From assembly GCF_963921235.1 (NCBI RefSeq), contig NC_086109.1, positions 36,334,001 to 36,398,000 on the forward strand: 64,000 nt of DNA, given 5' to 3'. Every line of letters begins with the position of its first letter. Position 1 is the first letter of the stretch. Below the pieces are notes generated by a model. The model was given only the letters and a program-made list of their open reading frames with translations, was not told the origin of the DNA and did not search any database. The position numbers were made by a program, and so were the translations under genes. Below are positions 61,040-64,000 of this stretch, piece after piece. Source of the DNA: Mobula hypostoma (Eukaryota).

Positions 61040-62420
61040 AGAAATGCATTTCTTTAAAAGGTTATTTAAAACAGTGTATCCTCCATTTGAGAGTTGCAGA
61101 GTCTCAGGGTGGACAGATAATAGTGAGGGCTTTGGAAGTCTTGCTAACCTACTAATGGGTTACAGGATGCAAGTAGATTGATCAGACCAATTAGATCTCA
61201 CCAGGGTTGAAATGGGACACACTATTGTTTCTATACTTAAATTGTTGGGTTTGCCCAGGAGGAAGGTTAGCTGGTGGGATGCTTTCTTGCTGCTTGTAGC
61301 ATTGTTATACAAAAGTATAAAACTATAGTGAGTCTTAAGAATGAATTAGAAGACTTCAGTCAGCGCTGTATTATTCTGAGAGAATAACTATTGATGGCTC
61401 AAACTTGAACTGCAAAGTTAGAGGACAAAAATATAGCAAGAGCTGATCAGCTAATGAAACTACAGCACTTGGGCACTCGATGCTGAGCTAATTGGTCCAA
61501 TTAAGGTTTGAGCCATCCTGAGAAAAGGCGATGATCCTGCTATGGGGCTGGAAGATAGGAATGAATACGAGGGAGAGAGAGTAGCATGGACCCCTTGGGT
61601 TTAATCCTCGTGTGTTTGAAACAGTACAGGCCAGGCCAGTAATCACTCATTCCCACACACACCATGGAGTGCTTTTGGCCTGCAGCTTCTTCCTTTCAGG
61701 AGGAGAAAGGGGAGGAGGTTCAGGAATGCATGATGGATGGTAGAGTAGTCACTTTTGAGATAACAAAGCTCAGAAAATTCTCAGCCAAGGAATTAGGGAG
61801 TTCAGGGGATAGATGCCGACAAAAAGGCTGGGGAGTCTTTGGCCACATAGTTATTGAGGATATGGGATGAGCGAGGTATGGAAGTGATCCAATCTAACAG
61901 AGAGATGGGTGCTTTATGGAACCCTTCGCCCTACATGGGAGCAATAACACTCTGAGAACTCTACTTGCTTCGCCTAAGCATAATGCATCACTGTGGGAAT
62001 GAGTAGCAATGGCAGTTAGCGTCAGGTACCCTTTCCTCCTTGAATGGAATTTAAAACCTCAGGCAGAATGGAGCACAGTAGAGGAGGGCACTAAAGTTCT
62101 ATGCCAGTGGGGTCTTATCACAGAATTATACTGTGATAGAGGCATCCCAAGAGAGGATATTGAATTAATTTCTGGAATGGCAGTACATGTGGTTACTGTG
62201 GCAGTTTTCCCAATAAAAGGGGTAGTGCTGTCTTTTATAGCACCAGTGTTGGTCATCCTATAAGTACAGTGATTCACAAGGATGTTGAGGGGGAAGGGTC
62301 ATTCTTCAAATACTCTGCAGATAAGGATTCCTTTTGTCCTCTTCCAAATTCCTTGTATTCCATTCAGGGCTCTCTGCACATTCGCCAACATTGGGAGTCG
62401 GGGGTGGTTAGCATATCTGT
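61040..62420 (+). pseudogene. gag: ERV-B gag remnant, ERV-L/Fv1-like
   Basis: RKFSAKEL..RQKAGESLAT*LLRIWD (after one frameshift, ~61770-61870) and EWSTVEEGTKVLCQWGLITELY (~62066-62130) resemble ERV-L gag YTPKEL..QKSGE..WILRVWD and WxxVEEGIQRLREIGMLEWI. Confidence 0.65.
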
Positions 62421-62536
62421 GCCTCTTTTAGGGAGGAGTTCATTTGTCCTGCATCCCTCTTTCCTGTAAATAACGTGTGAATGATCTGAATGTGGAGAAA
62501 TGTGAGGTGTGGCCACATGTGTTAGTTTGCTTGTCT

Positions 62537-62545
62537 GTGTGTGTT

Positions 62546-62577
<32 letters not shown>
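62537..62577. repeat. (GT)n microsatellite
   Basis: TG dinucleotide run inside ERV-B. Confidence 0.9.
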
Positions 62578-62578
<1 letters not shown>

Positions 62579-63059
62579 ACTTTGCTTTTAAGAGGCTGTG
62601 AATGCAGTGAATATATTGGGCTCTGCGCAGTTGTTTTTTTTTCCTTCTCAGTTCTCTGATAAGTATTGTTTCTATGTGAGAAATTAACTGTTTTAAGTTT
62701 TCATGAAGTTCCATACAAAGTTTCAAAAGAAGAGGAGTACATCTTGGGCTTTGGGCTTTGTGTTTTGTGTTTGTTTAGTCAGCTACTTTGTTTCTTGTCG
62801 TTTTAAATTTGTTATGTGTTTATTGTGTCTTTGTTAATTGTGTCCCCATGTAATTGGTTTAGAGATGACTCATTTCATACTGGCTATATGAAATTTGAGT
62901 TGAAATTTGGTAGAAATTTGGGCATCTTTATACTGGATTTGAGATGACAATATTGAACAGGGAATTAAGCTTTGGGGAGCAATTCTGGTAGTTGTGTTGT
63001 TTTTGTGTTTTCTAAATATCCAGTGACTAATCAGGAGCAAGTGCATTTGTATCTCGCTG

Positions 63060-64000
63060 CATTTTAGAATGGTGGATGCTGACTTGTGGTGGGAGATCCT
63101 GTGATACATTCTTGGGAATGATGTTTGAATTTTCACACTGGATAAATGGATCAGATTGCTGAATTAGTATGAAGATTCCTTACTACATCACTGAAGGGCT
63201 GCCACTGATATTGATCCCTTTGACAGGGAACAGAATATTGTAGGAATTATTTGGCTTCTCAAGTTTTGACATTCTGTTTTGGGGAGCTGGGAGGGAATTA
63301 TCCCAGAATATGGAAACAACCTTAAGAGACTTGAGCCTTAATAGCCCTGGTGGAATGGGTGCTTTATGAGCTGGTATTTCCCTATGTGCCATTTATATAA
63401 TTGGGATGTCCTGACTCTTGCAGTGATTTTCCTACTTGACAGAGTGTTGGTGCAGGTAGCACGTTGTGTACAGGTAAAGAGTGCAAGATGGATGGCAAAT
63501 GTAAGTCGGAACAGCATCCTGGGATGGCTGTGTCTAGCCAAATGGTATTGTGAGGCTGGGCACTTGTTGGATGCTGAATGGCACTTACTGGATATGCAGT
63601 TCCTAGGCCAACCCATGGGTCCCACAGGGCAGTGCAATTGAAATGTGGTGCTGTATGTATGCCTCCCTGGTGCTCTGGATAAACACCTTGCTCATACTGG
63701 TTGGTAAGAGGGCTATTACAAAGGAAGGATGCTTTGATTGATAGACCTTTTCAGCATGGTACAGCCAGACTGCCCAAGGGGCTGATTTTGATGACCTTAG
63801 ATTACCTGTTCACAACGAAAGAAGGCACTTGAATTGCTATTGGTCAAGAATGTTACACCAACAATCCTGACAGGTCGAGTAACTTTACTTACTCAGTTTA
63901 TCATATCTCAGAGTCAGTGTATAAGATTAAGTTGGAGTACCAGTTCATTGGCTATTACACTCCAGTGTAGGGCTGGTGGCCTTTAGGAGCACAAGGAGTC
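63060..64000 (+). pseudogene. env: ERV-B env remnant (gamma-type SU/TM)
   Basis: DTFLGMMFEFSHWINGSDC*ISMKIP..EGLPL (63100); NGTYWICSS*ANPWVP (63577); GKRAITK; MTLDYLFTTKEGT*IAIGQECYTNNPD (63791, decayed ISD and CX6CC). Confidence 0.8.

Larger units (their letters stand above)
60591..64000 (+). mobile_element. Env-bearing LTR element with class III (ERV-L/ERV-S-like) gag and no visible pol (ERV-B); runs off the window
   Basis: TG..CA LTR-like segment, PBS-like site, gag motifs, env SU/TM motifs. Confidence 0.75.

Overview
AT-rich, repeat-dense eukaryotic DNA in which I cannot support any host exon, RNA gene or CRISPR array. The repeat mix (CR1/HER1-type LINEs, V-domain tRNA SINEs, Rex1/Babar, Penelope-like termini) suggests a cartilaginous fish, probably a ray (inference). 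Main contents: (1) a decayed epsilon-like endogenous retrovirus at 5829-12417 with LTRs, tRNA-Ser PBS, gag/pol/env remnants and PPT; (2) a second env-bearing LTR element from 60591 to the window end, with an ERV-L/ERV-S-like (class III) gag, no visible pol, and an env homologous to that of the first ERV; (3) a chromodomain-bearing Ty3/Gypsy element at 41519-51896 interrupted by five younger retroelements; (4) Penelope-like termini carrying decayed minimal hammerhead ribozyme motifs; (5) a young CR1 with an intact 431-aa RT ORF; (6) solo LTRs, Tc1 and hAT derivatives, a long-TIR element and a young RTE-type SINE with a 12-bp TSD. Family calls come from motif recognition without database searches, and boundaries of old repeats are approximate.
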